From Intoshia linei (Eukaryota; Animalia; Orthonectida), in contig LWCA01000072.1 in the NCBI GenBank assembly GCA_001642005.1, positions 1 through 60,475 on the forward strand: DNA of 60,475 nt, in the 5' to 3' direction. Below the pieces are notes generated by a model. It saw only the letters and a program-made list of their open reading frames with translations. It had not been told where the DNA came from and did no database searches. Positions 1 through 14,500 of the stretch are shown here, in pieces. Numbering within the stretch: the stretch's first letter is position 1; each line of letters starts with the position of its first letter. The position numbers and the translations under genes were made by a program.

Positions 1-229
1 ATTTTCAATTTTCAAAATAAAACTGTATGCACAAAAATAAACGATAAATGAAATATCACATAAATGTTTATTTATATCCACTTTAGAATATTCTAGAAAA
101 CCTCATATTAACGTTCGACGATCTTAAGATTTTTCTAGAATATTTTTAGTGTTTCTATTTGAGTGTATTATTATAATATTATAAATTATTACTATTATTA
201 TTACTATGATAAAATGTAATTGTATACTG

Positions 230-1703
230 TAGGGTGTCACACCCATCATCACCACCCATGATATATGAGAATTAGGATTTCTGAATGCATTTTTGTAATT
301 TTAAAATAAATATTTTAATTTAACATAAATACCTTCAATGCCTATTATATTCAATCCAGTTTTACAATATATATCGAAAATTTAACTTGCAATACCACGA
401 AATGGTAATATTATGTTTTGATTATTTTTTGACAATATTCTGCAAAGAAAATTTTTATTAGTAGGTAGTTTCTGTTCATTAAAAATGAAACCGAAATATG
501 GACCAACCAAAATATCTCCAATTCTTGTGGTCATTTTTGGTATTTTAAAAGATTGCAATAAAATTGAATTGAAATTGATATTGATATAAAAATAATGAAC
601 GTAAATCAAATATTCAATAGCGTAAAATATTTAATATATGTGCTGCAGTATTTATAAGGCGAGATTAATAATAAATAATGATTATATATTAATTAATCCA
701 AGATTATATTTCAATTAAATTATATTGGTAGTGAATTCTGTCCTATAAAAAAAAGGGAAAATATTTTGATTATAATACTTTATAATAACAAATCTCCTCA
801 ACAGGATTATTTTTAATTGAAAAATTATTTTAATCTCTTAATAATAATCACTCGAATTATAAACAAAAGACTTAATGGAAGAAACTTACATCATCATGGA
901 ATCGAACAGTATAAAATTATTTTCGACAATAAGAAAAGCTAAGCTGTACCACTTTGGATATATGTATACAATACATCAAAGGAACATGACCACATTATAC
1001 TGGAAATGTGTAAGTTCTGGTTGTAAAGGTAGAATGACATCTACATATAAATATAAATTTATTTAATTAAATAATATAAAATTTAAATATAATTATCGAC
1101 AAATGTGCCATTAAGAATTATTATGATACAATTATACTAAAAAAAAATTTCCCAAATATATTGTGAAAGATTAATTTAATTTATGCTTTTTAAAAATGAC
1201 TTAAAAGTTATTTTAACAAAAAATATCTAATAAATTTTGGTATATTATGGAATCTCTGTATTGACCATATTTATTGCAAACATGACTTCATTCAATGCAA
1301 ACATGACTTTATTTTTGCAAACAAGATCGTGAATGTCTTGTATTTGAATGAATTTATTATATTGTAAATAACCAGAATTCGAGAAATTAAATCGTTAATA
1401 AAATCCAAAAAAAATTGGCTAGAAACAAATTTAAAAAAATAAACTGTATAACTAACATGGAGAACAATATTATAAAGGCGGTACCACGTTTAAAAGCTCA
1501 AACGCCGATTTCTGTTAAAATAAAGTTCAGTTTTAATTTCTTCATAATATTTATACAGTGATATTTAAAATGACAAACGCAACTCGAATAGATAGCGTTA
1601 AATATTTTTGATTGCGAATTAGTTTTTCTATTTTAAAAGATACACACTTTTAGTGCTAATTGCCCATCAAATTCTAAAATTTTCCAAAAAATGTTACATC
1701 CTA
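230..1703 (-). mobile_element. Degenerate hATm-like DNA transposon remnant
   Basis: Imperfect inverted ends: TAGGGTGTCACA at 230 and revcomp TAGGATGTAACA ending at 1703. ORF 382-609 and its continuation carry KLPTNKNFLCRIL...IFDIYCKTGL, resembling the hATm N-terminus also seen at 39.9-40.1 kb. No clear TSD. Confidence 0.4.
875..1066 (+). pseudogene. FLYWCH zinc-finger fragment, probably a MULE transposase remnant
   Basis: STIRKAKLYHFGYMY...TLYWKCVSSGCKGR fits the FLYWCH pattern; truncated before the HxH ligands. Confidence 0.6.
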
Positions 1704-2592
1704 ATGTATGTATACAGTAGTTTCTCGTTTATTAGTACATTCGCTATTAAATTAGTTTAATTTAAACCAGCAGTAGAAATAATAAAAGTGGCAGTAAAAT
1801 TTAACACAAATTGACAGTATTACTTTTTAAATTTAATAGTAATATTGTTGATTTTTACAGTAAGTTTTTAAAAATTAAATCTTAATTTATACAAAATTTT
1901 GCAATGGCTTAATGTTTAAACTTTAAGGACACAATTTTGTAATTTAAATTGGAGTATATGAGATAGAAAAAAAGTGGATAGTTCATGGTCATTATTAAAC
2001 TTTTTAACAAAATTACAGTCTGATACAACCCTAACCGTGTTGATTTGTGTAGTAATTGGCACAATGATATCTTCAAACAAAGAATTACTTTCATAATAAT
2101 CAATAAGCATGCTTATATTAACGATAATATTAGTTTAAATTTTTAATGGTAAACACTTTGCATAAAAGTGAGAATTTCACATTCAAATTTGAATTTAATA
2201 AATATTAGAAAATATATTTGCATAATGTACACTCTACTAAATCGTGTAAAAAGGTAAATTTATTTTATTTCAAAATTTGTCAAGTTTCCAACAGATTATA
2301 CAATATTTTGTAGTTTCATTGTACAAGTTGTAACATATCTACAATGCAGATTCTGCATGAAATGTATAAACCAGGGATTATTCTTTTTTTATTAATTAAA
2401 TAAATGCATTTATGGTATTGAAGGCGTCAATCACTGCGATGAAATTGATGTAATGATATGCCTTGAAAAGTTGTTTTAGAACTTTTGTTTATTTAAATCT
2501 TAAGACTTTTTTAAATACAATTGTAAATCGTAAAAACAAAAAAACACAATTCGTCAAGGATATATTTATATTTATAATATTAATAATAATAT

Positions 2593-5500
2593 TTATAAAA
2601 TAACAACGTTGCATGATGTTTCAGCAATAATGCAGTTTTTCTTCATAATCATGCAATTGTACATTCCATTATTTTCATAAGACGTTGACGATATTGTACA
2701 AGAACATATTCCAACCGAATTAGTAATGTCGTAATTTGTTTTAAAGTTGGAATTAACTTTAACTCCGTTATGTTTCCAAACAATGTCGTCGTTTCTTTCA
2801 AAATTATCAACCGTGCATAATAATTTTAATTCGGACCCACAAACTATTCGTCTATCTCTTAATCCAAAAGCAAATTTACATTTTTTTATTTCGATTATGG
2901 GTAAATTTAAATCTTCCAAATCTTTGCTCATTTTGAATGTGTCTAATTTTGGTAAAACGGGATTAAATAAAGATTGTCTAAAGTTTTAATAAGTATGGCA
3001 GGTAAAGTTTCACAAATACCTGTTAATAAAAATAAAAATTTTACCTCCTGTCAAAATTTAAAATTCTTTTGGAATTTACCGTCACTTTAGCTGAACTGGT
3101 AATTGATCCAAATGAATTTTCAATTACAATCATGTACACATCGTCGTCCTCTACTCCACATCTACTAATTCTAATTTCATGGGTCAAGCGACAACTCTTT
3201 ATTATGTATTTAAATCCGCTAATTAATATTTCCTTGTTTATCTTTTTGTACCTAATTAGATGATTAATAATGATGATACAAAATGTGTATAAATCCAATT
3301 ATAATTTAGATTAGTTGTTTTCATCATTTGGGTTATTATTTAAAGATAATTCGGACTGATACATGCAAAAGGGTGAGAACTTTTATATTACCTTGCATTT
3401 TTTATTATTAATAATAAAGATTAATAATAATTTATATGATAACAATTGCCAAAAATATTCATACAGGGGAAACGCTATCAGGCTTATCATTTAAATTTTA
3501 AAAGGTTGAAGCTGATTTAATACATATAATATCATAAATTTACCAAAAAACTGAAGGACTGCTAATTGACCTAACTTTACAGCGTAAGACTACCGAAGAT
3601 CCATTATCTACGCGTATATTTTTCAATTCTTCAATAAATTTAGGAGCATATTCTCTATTGTCTAAATTTAATAAAATTTAATTTTTAATAAAAAACGTAA
3701 AACTAAAAATTAAGTTTATTTCAGGCATGATATTCATATCTTAAAACAGGGATTAGAACTAATTCATTGGAGGCTACCAATCAATTAATTGATTAAAATT
3801 TTAAATTATTAAAAAAATCCTCTTTTGACAGAACTTCCCTTATTTTTAGAAAAATTTCATTTCAAATTTAATTAAAAAATATTGATTGATAATATATTAA
3901 AAATTATTTTTTTTATCTTTACATTTCTTAAGTTGAACTTTTGTATTTATATCAACTGGAATAAGTTCTATCAGAATAATGTTTTTTTTAATTTTGGGAC
4001 TGTTAATTATTTCACATTTTTTGTTTTAATAAAATATTTTGAAAAAAATATATATGAATACTAAAATACTTTTTTGACCGTGAAGTCTTCACTTATCCGG
4101 ATTGAAATTTTCTGTGTGTGTTAACAGGATACAACTGTATAACCTGTCAATTTTTTGAATTTTTAGAGTTTAATTTCATTAAAAAAAGAAGGTTAATTTG
4201 TGGTTTTGCTAGTGAAAATTGAGTTTTTTGAGGTTGCCACTTATCACAATCGTTATGATTTTACAAACAATCCCAGAATTTATGGTTTATAAAATTTTAG
4301 GACATGTTTCATTTTTGAAAAATAAGGGTAATTTGTGTTTTTGACTATGAATGTGTGCGTTTCTGAGGCTAGGATATACGACAATGTTAATGGTTTTACA
4401 ACGCTCTCAGAATGTATGTTTTTTTTAATTTTAAAAAAAGGAGAAACGTGGGTTTTTGACACTGAAGGACTCAATTTCGGAAAATAAAACGTAGATATAA
4501 ACATAACAAGCGAAACTGTATTAGAAATTGGGTTTTTTAAATTCTACGACTCTTAATTTTTTAAATATACGGTAACACACAGACATTCAATTGTATATAA
4601 GTAAAGAATAAAGAAAAAATCTATATCTGACTGAGCACACTGTTGCCTCTCCACAGCGCTGAGTTAGTACGTAAATGACATTTTGATGTATTACCAAAGG
4701 TTATATCGACTAAATCTTTTTGGTTTCTTAAATTATAATCAAAAGATTCTTTAAACCCCAACATATGATTTTTGCCAAAATTGGTTTTAGAAGATTTTAA
4801 CAATGGTATTTGAGTTATCCATTTATGTGACAAGGCCTGATGAATGGTAGGAATCTTTTTATGATCCTTCTGAAGAACATTGCATATAAAATCAAAACCA
4901 TCAAATGATAATTTACTTTCTAAAGAATTCAATTGGTCTTCTATTGACAATGATCGACTAATGTTGTACAATTTGAGAAAAATACTTTTGAGCACAATTC
5001 CAAATAAAAAGATATCGGTATAAAATCCGATAGACTTATTATTCATCAATGCATTGCGTTTAAGACTGAATTTCGATACTTCATTGTCAATTTTAAATGA
5101 ATTATATGAATCAATCATTTTCAGCCGATCACATTCAATAGTTTGAGCAGCAAAGTAATATTCGTTCAAATCTAAATGTGCAATGCCATTTTCGTGTAAA
5201 AGCGAAATTGATTCCAACATATCTTTTGCAAATTTCGAAACATTACCTTCATCACAAGTTTCTAATCCATTTATCATGGAATGAAAAGTTGGACCAGTCA
5301 TCATTTCCATAATCAATACACCAAATTCTGCATCCAAATAATGATCATGTAATTGAATCATATTTTTATTGTTTTGACAAATTTCATTAATTTTGACATA
5401 ATTTTTGAAATCATTTCGTAAAGTTTCTGATTTTGATGAAATGTCGAAATGATAAAATTTTGCCAAAAAATTTTTCCCACTCATTTTGTCTTTAATTCTA

Positions 5501-8500
5501 TACAATGAAACACTATCATTGTCATCAAACTTTTCACAAATTTCGTAAAGTTTTTCAAATTTCCCGTCGGAATGAGATTGAAATTGTGACAACCTTCTGT
5601 GCTCTCCATAAGAATATTTTTTATAGTCAAAAGACATTGGTTCATTATTTATTGAGTACCTTTTTTTTGTAAACAAATCATTTAAAAAGTTATTTCTTGT
5701 TTTTGATTTCACTAGTGTGCTTTCCGTCGTTATTTTTATGATATTGGTGCAGAGGTTTAATTGGATAATTGCCCATTCATTTTGGCATTCTACTTGAAAT
5801 GAGTACTTAACATTTGATTCTAAATTTTCAATTTTCACAGAAGTTAATCTAAAATTTGATTAGCAATATTTTTATATTAATAACCCCGTAGATTTAGCAA
5901 TACACCAAGTGTGTTCGTCTTCTTTGCATGTGCAATTTTTGCATAATTTTATGATAAAATTCAAGTCAAATTCATTAAATTCAAATTCTTTTAAATGTTT
6001 GTAATTTACATCCCAAGTTAAATATGCACAATTTTCTTGGACTATATTGCATTTCAGATTGCTCATGTCAAATGCAATTTTCAAAAATATTAGTTTAAAT
6101 TTTTTTTCAATTTGACCGAATCTATTTGACGCTAGTACTTTGTACTCGCCCACGTCTGTATTGTTTACAACATGTTTTATTTTAAAATTGTTCCAACAAG
6201 ACATTGAAAATGATTTTATTTTTAAATTGTCGCTTTTTGTGATATTTTCGTCATTTCTGAACCATTCAATTGAAGGGTTAGGTATTCCAGTTATATTTGC
6301 TTCTATTGAAAAGTGTGAATTTTTCAGTATGTAAAACAACAACATTTCGTCTTGAACAACATGTTTTGGGTAGTTTATAAAATTAATTTTTGGGGATTCT
6401 AAAATTCAAAATTTAGCTTAAATTAATCTAAAATTTAAGCTTAAAAAAGTTATCAAATTAAGTTACCTCCAATTAAAACATTTACATTATATGATTTGTA
6501 CATGTCCATGTTTGTAGTGTGTAAACTGTACATTCCAGAATCTTCTTTTGAGCACAATATTTTCTTGATCTGATAATTGTTACCATTTTCATAAAAAATA
6601 ATATCGTCTTCATGTATGAGCATTTTTTCATCTTTTGTCCTATAAATTAATCTTATTTACATACTACATTGTCTATTTTGTATAAATATTAACTGTTCCA
6701 CATTTTCAAACATTTTCATACAAAGAAATCTCTCTACAAGTCTCCCAATAGGCGCTAATGTAATAACTTTTTCAAATAAATGGATGACGAGGACGGAATT
6801 TTAATTAAGCGCGTTGTAGAACAAAATTTTAACATTTTTTAGTAAAAAAATAAAACACGCGGCAAGGTATGGAATTGCAACTTGTAGACAAAATATTTGA
6901 TATTTTTTAAAAAAATGAAAATAAAATGTTATTCGAATTCAAAAATTCAAATTTTTAAATCAATAAAATAAAGAGATAATGCAAAGTTGTAAAAACACTT
7001 GACTAATATAAAATTTATAATTTATCTGTCATTTTGCATTCTTTTACAAAGTATTAATTTGATTCATAAATGACTAAATAAATTTAATTTAAATTTAAAA
7101 AGCGATAATTACAAAACATTTAAAAAATGTACAAACAGCACCTAGCTCTGCTGAGGGCATATTTTTATTCTACAAAAAAAACAAATTTACGTTGAAAATC
7201 TAACTTAAAAATCATACTATTCACTATAATCAATCCTTTAAAGGAGTGGTTCCCAAACTTGTTTTAAATTGTCATAAATAGCATAAATTCCAGAAAAAAT
7301 AAAATTATAAAAACCTATTTTGTTATTTTGAGTGTGCTAATATATATTGAGTATCAATTTAATAAATACATAAAAATACCAATTATGTATCAATAATTAA
7401 CGGAATCTTCACTTTATAAAAATATTTCAAGCGAATTTTACCAAAATTGCAAAGAATTGTAATAAATATAAAAATGATAATAACAAATATTACTATATAA
7501 TATATGAAATATACTATATAAGTAATTTGTATTACTTTTAGTAATCGTTGTTGTAGTTTCCATTTCAATTATTCACAATATTTTAAAAATGAGAATTTGA
7601 GATTTAAAAATTGCGTAGCAATGAAAAAAATTTCGAAGGAATGAATTATATAGATTTTCACACATATGTCTTTATTGCAAATGAGTACGTATATTTGATA
7701 TAGACGTTCACTGCACATTTTTTTTGAAATTGTAGAATCCATATTTACATTTTCAATTTTTATTTTAATCGAAATATTTGAAAAATGTAGGTTGACAATA
7801 TATTAAAAATAATTTTTCACCGGGAATGCAATTTCTGGGGTTGAAAATTTGTATTTATATCAACTGAAATAAGCTCTATCAGAAGAATCTTTTATTTTAA
7901 TTTTCGGACCATTAATTATTTCATATTTTTTGTTTTCATAAAATATTTCAGAAAAAAAATATATGAATACTAAAATGCTTTTTTTACCGTGACTTATTCT
8001 TTATATTTATACTTTGATAGTCGTCACTTATTCAGATTGAAATTTTTTGTGTGTGTTAACAGGATACAACTGTACGCCCAGTAAATTTTTTGAAATTCTA
8101 GGGCTATTTCATTAAAAATTTAGTAATTAATAATTAGTAATTTTCATTCAAAAAAAAAGGTAATTTGGGTTTTGGCCCTAAAGATATATTTATTTTAAAT
8201 TTAAATTTATGTGACATTTATGATTTTAAAATCCGTATCAGAGTATATATTTTTTAAATTCTCAAACTCGTTTGATTTTCAAAAAAAAGGACAATTTGGC
8301 TTTTTGACCCATAAGATATAAGTTTCAAAGGTTTAAATTTATTTTACCAACACTCCCGGAAAAACTGTAATTGAAATGTAGACTTTATAAAATGATAAGA
8401 CTGGTAATTATTTAAATAAACGTTTAAAACACACACAGACAAACAAATATTGCAAAGCATATTATATAAGTAAGATTTTTTTAAATTTATCATTGTGAAC

Positions 8501-11500
8501 ATTGCAAACATGCTAATTTTAAACTGAATAGGTTTTTAATAATTTTGACTATGAAATCAATTTAGAGCTGAACCTATCATACTCCGATACTCTGTTCGGG
8601 GGCCTAAACGTAATTTTGTAAAATGGGGATCACATTTTTCCATTTTGAATTCAGAGAAATTAACTACATCTTGGTTTGACGTAAAGGTGTATAAAGTAAT
8701 AGGATGGCTGACTTGTGGAAAAATACTAATAATGGATCATTTATTTTGAAGTGAAGTAGTGATCGAGGTTCGATATTTAAACAAGATTAATGAAGTTGGT
8801 TAATTTTATAAGATAAACTGCTCTAACGATTAAATTCTTACTGTTTTCCTATTTGTCGGTTAAATGGATTTCCCTTAATATACATTTTCAATAAGACATT
8901 AAGGATGGTTGAGTAATCTAAAACTGGTCAATCGTTGTTTTTGTTAAGAAAAGAAGTAGAAGCTTTATGCTACACTCTAAATTATTGTATAATAACGGGT
9001 CTAAAAAAAATACTTTAGTATCCACTAAGCATGGGTCGACAAAGTCGTTAATATAGATGCTGAAGATTTTTATGAAAAATATGTGGGTCCATCAACAATT
9101 TTCACAATACTGTTGCATCGTTGGGACCATTTAACAAAAAATTTATTTTTTTTCTTTGAAATGCAATGTTGTAAACATTTGCTAATAAATTAACCAATAA
9201 ATAAAATTGATTTTATCTGCTGTCCACGTGGGAAATATACCTGATAAAAATATTGTTTAATTTTTAAAATATTTTTCTATAAAAATTAATACTAATAATA
9301 TAATGATAAAATAATAATTTAGAAATCATAAATAATGAACACCTTGATATGCATATTCACATTCACCTGTGTCTTCACAACGAACAAACAAAACTAGCTG
9401 TCTAATAATAAGGTATTTAATTCACACTAAAAAAAATTTGATCTAAATGGTAAATACGAATCTATAACTCCCTATCAGCTCCCTTCCCTTTTTGTCCTTA
9501 CAATACATTTTTACAATTAATGATAATTGAATTTTAATGCAAAACAGGGCATAGCCTTAGACTGCGCACTACGCGTAACTCAGAGTCGTCTTAATCCACT
9601 TTGTGGCTCTGGTGTAAGCAAAGGGTTGGAGGCCCTTTAAAGTTTCAAAGTTTTAAACAGCGATGCGACAAAAAAAATTTAGGGCATCTTTTTAGAAGAC
9701 GGGCATACTGTTGGTTGGAGACTTAGAGTCTTATTTCATGGAGTATTAATAAAGGCATTAAAATATATTATGTAGGTTTCTAGTAACTTTTATTTCTTTT
9801 ACAAAAACTTATTTAATTAATTAAAAATTATTAAGAGAAATCAAAGATTTCCTACTTTCTTTTTTCAATATTCACTTATTAGAAAGGTTTTAATGTTTCA
9901 TATTATCATTTAAAACAGTTTTTATGTCAATATTATATGATAAACATTGTAGAATATATTTTAAATTGAATAATTACTAGAATTATGATTCTTTAAACTA
10001 TTTTCTTTCTAGCTATTTGAATTCCCACATTTCAAAACTTATAAACTGTTTCCTAAGATATAAATGTGAAGTATTTTTTAATAAATTAAGGGGCTCTTTT
10101 TAAGATATAAATTTAAAGTACTTTTATTAATTTTGGGGCCTTTTTTAATGAGTGGCCCTGGCTACAGCCCATATTACCCATGCTCTGGCTCTGTAACGGC
10201 TCTGGCGTAACTCATGCGTTGTATATGTATTATAATTTGATGAATTATAACCATTTATAATCCAAAATTTTTGATGATGAGCTGACTCGCATTTGTATGT
10301 CCAGCATATCTCCAACTTGTAGTTTTATTTCATTTGGAGTTACTGAAGTAATCCACAAATAATCTAATATAGTGTAATTAAGAATATAATACACATCATG
10401 TACATCATCAGTACTTTTTAAAATTTGATTAATTATATTAGTTTTTATTTTTTTCAATTTCTGACTATATTTAAAATGTGTAAATTTGGACATAGAATTA
10501 CATTGTAAACTGTATATTCACAACTAGAGTTCTATTCACGGTCCAAAGCACGATCAGAACAAAAAAATTTAAAAACTTAGTTTTTTCAATTGTCAACAGC
10601 TTTCAACTAAATTCAATTAGAACCATAACATGAAATCTCATCAAAACAATCTAAACACGAACTTTGAATCGTTATTCGTATTGTGTTGCAGAACACTATT
10701 TAGTACCTGTGCAAAAAAAAATTTAAACATTAATCATTACAAAATAAAATAAAAACTTTTCCAATTCTTAACTCGGTCCGTCCATACCCACCATTCAAGA
10801 CTTTAAAAATATTTACCTGGCCGTACTCAGAGCAGGGTTCTAGTCCGAAATTGTAGCGGGTAGCATAACTGATGTAGCTAAATTAACTCATTGGTCAAAT
10901 GTATCACACGCTACCAAAATTATGACAATTAAAATGACAAAACGTATCAAAGTTACAGTTGCTAAAAAATATTAAAAGAATAATACCTTCAGTTTCTGGT
11001 CTTTTAGGAATAAGCACTGGAGCTGAAAATATTCTATCACTCGTTATAGATGCTGGAGTATAATATTTGTCATTTTCCCTGTCAAACTCTTTTTCATATA
11101 CCAAATTCAATTCATACTCATGAGTTGGTACTAAATTGTAAACAATACTGTGACATGCATTGCAATTAGATTTGACGATTTCATTGTATGGTATCAATCG
11201 CGTTATATTTGTAGTTTTATCCAATCGATTAATATATTTTAAATTGAAATTTGCTTTGATGTCTTCAGAATAAAAAGATTTTAATTTACAAGCTATTTTT
11301 ACAGATTCTTGTTCAGTTTCCAATACAGTTGGTGCAGGATAACCTATATCATTTAATAAATTTAAAAATCCTAACTTATATAATATGCTACGCGATTTTT
11401 GTTTGTGTGTGTGTGTCCAGCTTTATTTAAATAACTACCCGTCTTAGAATTTTATAAAGTCCCCGTTTCAATTACAGTTTCTTCCGGGGGTATTCGCAAA

Positions 11501-14500
11501 CATAATTTCAACCTCTCAAACTCACATCTTACGGGTCAAAAACCTCAATTGTCCCTCTTTTTGAAAATCAATTTTTTTCATTGCTACGCAATTTTTAAAT
11601 TTCAAATTCTCATTTTCAAAGCACTTTTAATAAAATTTAAATAGAAACCAAACAACGAAACTCAAACAACTTTGTTAATATCATTTTTATATATTTATTA
11701 CAATCCTTTGCAAATTTTGTAAAATTCGACTAAAATATGTTTATAAAGTGAAGATTCAGGTAATTATTGATACATAATTAATATTTTTAAGTATTTATTA
11801 AATTGGTACTGTATATATATCATCACATTGAAAATGACAAAATAGGTATTTATAATTTTATTTTTTCTAGAATTTATGTTATTTATGACAATTTTTAGGA
11901 TTGGACTGTTTTTACTTTATTTTAAAATGTTAACAAACAAAAAATTAAGATAGAATAATTCACTTTAAAGTAAAAAGTAATGTGATATGATGGTTCCACC
12001 TGACACAAATTTGGGAACCACTCCTTTAAAGAATTGATAATAGTGAATAGTAGGATTTTTGAATTAGACTTTCAACGTGAATTTATTTTTTAAGTATATA
12101 AAAATGTGCCCTCAGCAGAGCTAGGTCCTGTTTGTACGTAGTACATAACAGTCAACCTAGTAATATTATAAAATATGACTATCCAATAACCATACTTTGA
12201 ACATGTTTCCATTTCATTTTATCACCACAATCTTCCGTTTCTTTATTCTAAATAATTATAATAAAAAATATTTTTGTCTAAAAATTATATAAAAACCGGT
12301 AAAAAAGTAAAGATTTTACACATAACCGTGGACGCAGTAGGTGCTGAATGGTATGAAAGAATTTAAATGTATGTCTAGTCCCGCCCAACTGTTGGCTCTC
12401 CTCGGTCTGTCCGTAAAATGTCAACTTTTCAAATATACATTGTACTTACGTATCTTTCATCATCTTGATCCAATACTGAAGAGTCACATGATAATTCCGA
12501 ATCAATTGAATCATCTAAAATTATAAAATCCAAGACATTGAAGAATAAAAATAATAACCGAAAATGGAAACTAATTGCTTCTCAGATTCCTGAAAGTAAT
12601 CTCGTGTAGATATGTATATTTCTTCAAAGTCCACGTTTAGTTTTTTTAAAATGTCAAATTCAGTTGTTAAATTTGTTTTATCCATTTTAATGCAGAGTAT
12701 TTCCGTATAATCATTTGAATGTTTAGATTTAGAGTACACAACAATTTCATCGACATTAAGATTGTTTACCGTTGCAGTTAATTTAAGTTTTCCATCTTTT
12801 TTTTTACATTCCGTTTTAATTTTTGTTTTTTGTTGACCTAAATTTGAATGATTTAAAAAATAATTAAGTAAAGTACTAACAAGTATAAAAAGTTAATACT
12901 GTTTAACTTTATTATTCTTTATACATTATCAAACAGGATGAACTTTATTATTCATTCCATTAATTCTTTTAACTTTGAAATAACAAAACAACTTCCAGTA
13001 AACCTTTAATATCTCTAATATATCATATATAATTTAGATTGTTAACTTAAATATAATAAATCTTCATCAACGTTACTATTATATTTACGTTCGGATAACA
13101 AGTTCAAAAAAAGATGATTTCTATTGAAAATAATAATATGAATCATTTCCAAAAGCCATCTCACATTTTGTCTAAAACAGGAAAATTAGTGGTAGAGATT
13201 TCTAGCTGGATCACGGAATTTGACGATTATGTGTCCTGTCATGACCCAGAAAAAAAATGGACAGGCTAGCAAAAGGCCATATTACTAATGAATTTTATGG
13301 GCCCAGCTGCTAAATCTCGAATACAAACAAATTGTAAAGAGCCAAACTCGGTGGCCGTAATAAAGTTAGAATCAATAAATAGGGAAATATGAATTTAAAT
13401 CATGAAAAACTAAAATTTCAACAAATGAAAAAAGAATTCAAAGAGGATAATAGATGAATTCTATTATAGGTTGGAATCAGCGGCAGATAAATGCCAATTC
13501 CCCGATAAATTTGATAGAATTATGATACAAATTTTAGCAGGATGCTCATGTAATTACTTACAAAGAGAATTGCTATCTATAAGAGATCTAACGTTAGCAA
13601 AAACAATAAGTCGATGCAAAGACTTCGAATTATTAAAAGGGAATAAAACTGAATAATGTACCAGATGCAATGGATCCTTCCATGCTATCGCCTAAACCCA
13701 CACAGAAAATCAGAATTGAAAAGAATCAGAAATAGTGGATTAACTTTAAATCTTACAAAGTCTAAAATAGGCGAAAAAGAAATTAAATTTTTGGGTCATA
13801 TTATTAATGGAGAAGGATTACATGTAGATCCTGAAAAAATAGAACCAATAAAAAAAATAGGAATACCTAAAAATATTAAACAAATTAGACGGTTTCTAGG
13901 ATTATGTGGGTATCAGGAAATTTATTAAAGACTATTCCAAAATAACGAAACCTTTAAATGATCTTCTTCAAAAAGGAGTAAAATTTAAATGGACCGAAAA
14001 ATGTGACAATGCATTTAATAATTTAAAAATAAAGTTCAGTACTACTTCCGTGTTAATAATACCTACACTTAATGAGGAATTTACTGTACAAACAGATACA
14101 TCAGATCATAGTCTAGGGGCAGTTCTTTTACAATAAAATCATCCAATAGAGTATGTCAGCAAAAAATTAAACTCAACACAAACCAGATATGCAACCGTAA
14201 ATAAAGAATTACTTGCAGTATTGTGAGCTTTGAAAAAGTTTAGGTACTACATACTAGGAACCAAAATCAAAGTATACACTGATCACAAACCACTAATATC
14301 TTTAATATATTCTAAAAATCCTACAAATATCCAACAACGATATATTGAACTATTACAAGAATTTAATTTCGATTTAATATATATACCAGGAAAAACAAAT
14401 ATAATAGCAGATATATTATCGAGGGATGTAGATTCTGTTGAGAATAATGATAAAATAGAGGAATGGGAATCAGTATACTTCACAAAAATTCACGATACTG

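Noticed and set aside
4621-4670. GC-rich hairpin sharing GGAGAG(G/C)CAACAGT with about 12386-12399; possible ribozyme or snoRNA
   Set aside because: Both segments fit open frames or plausible exons of the twitchin-like gene, and no HDV or hammerhead core is present.
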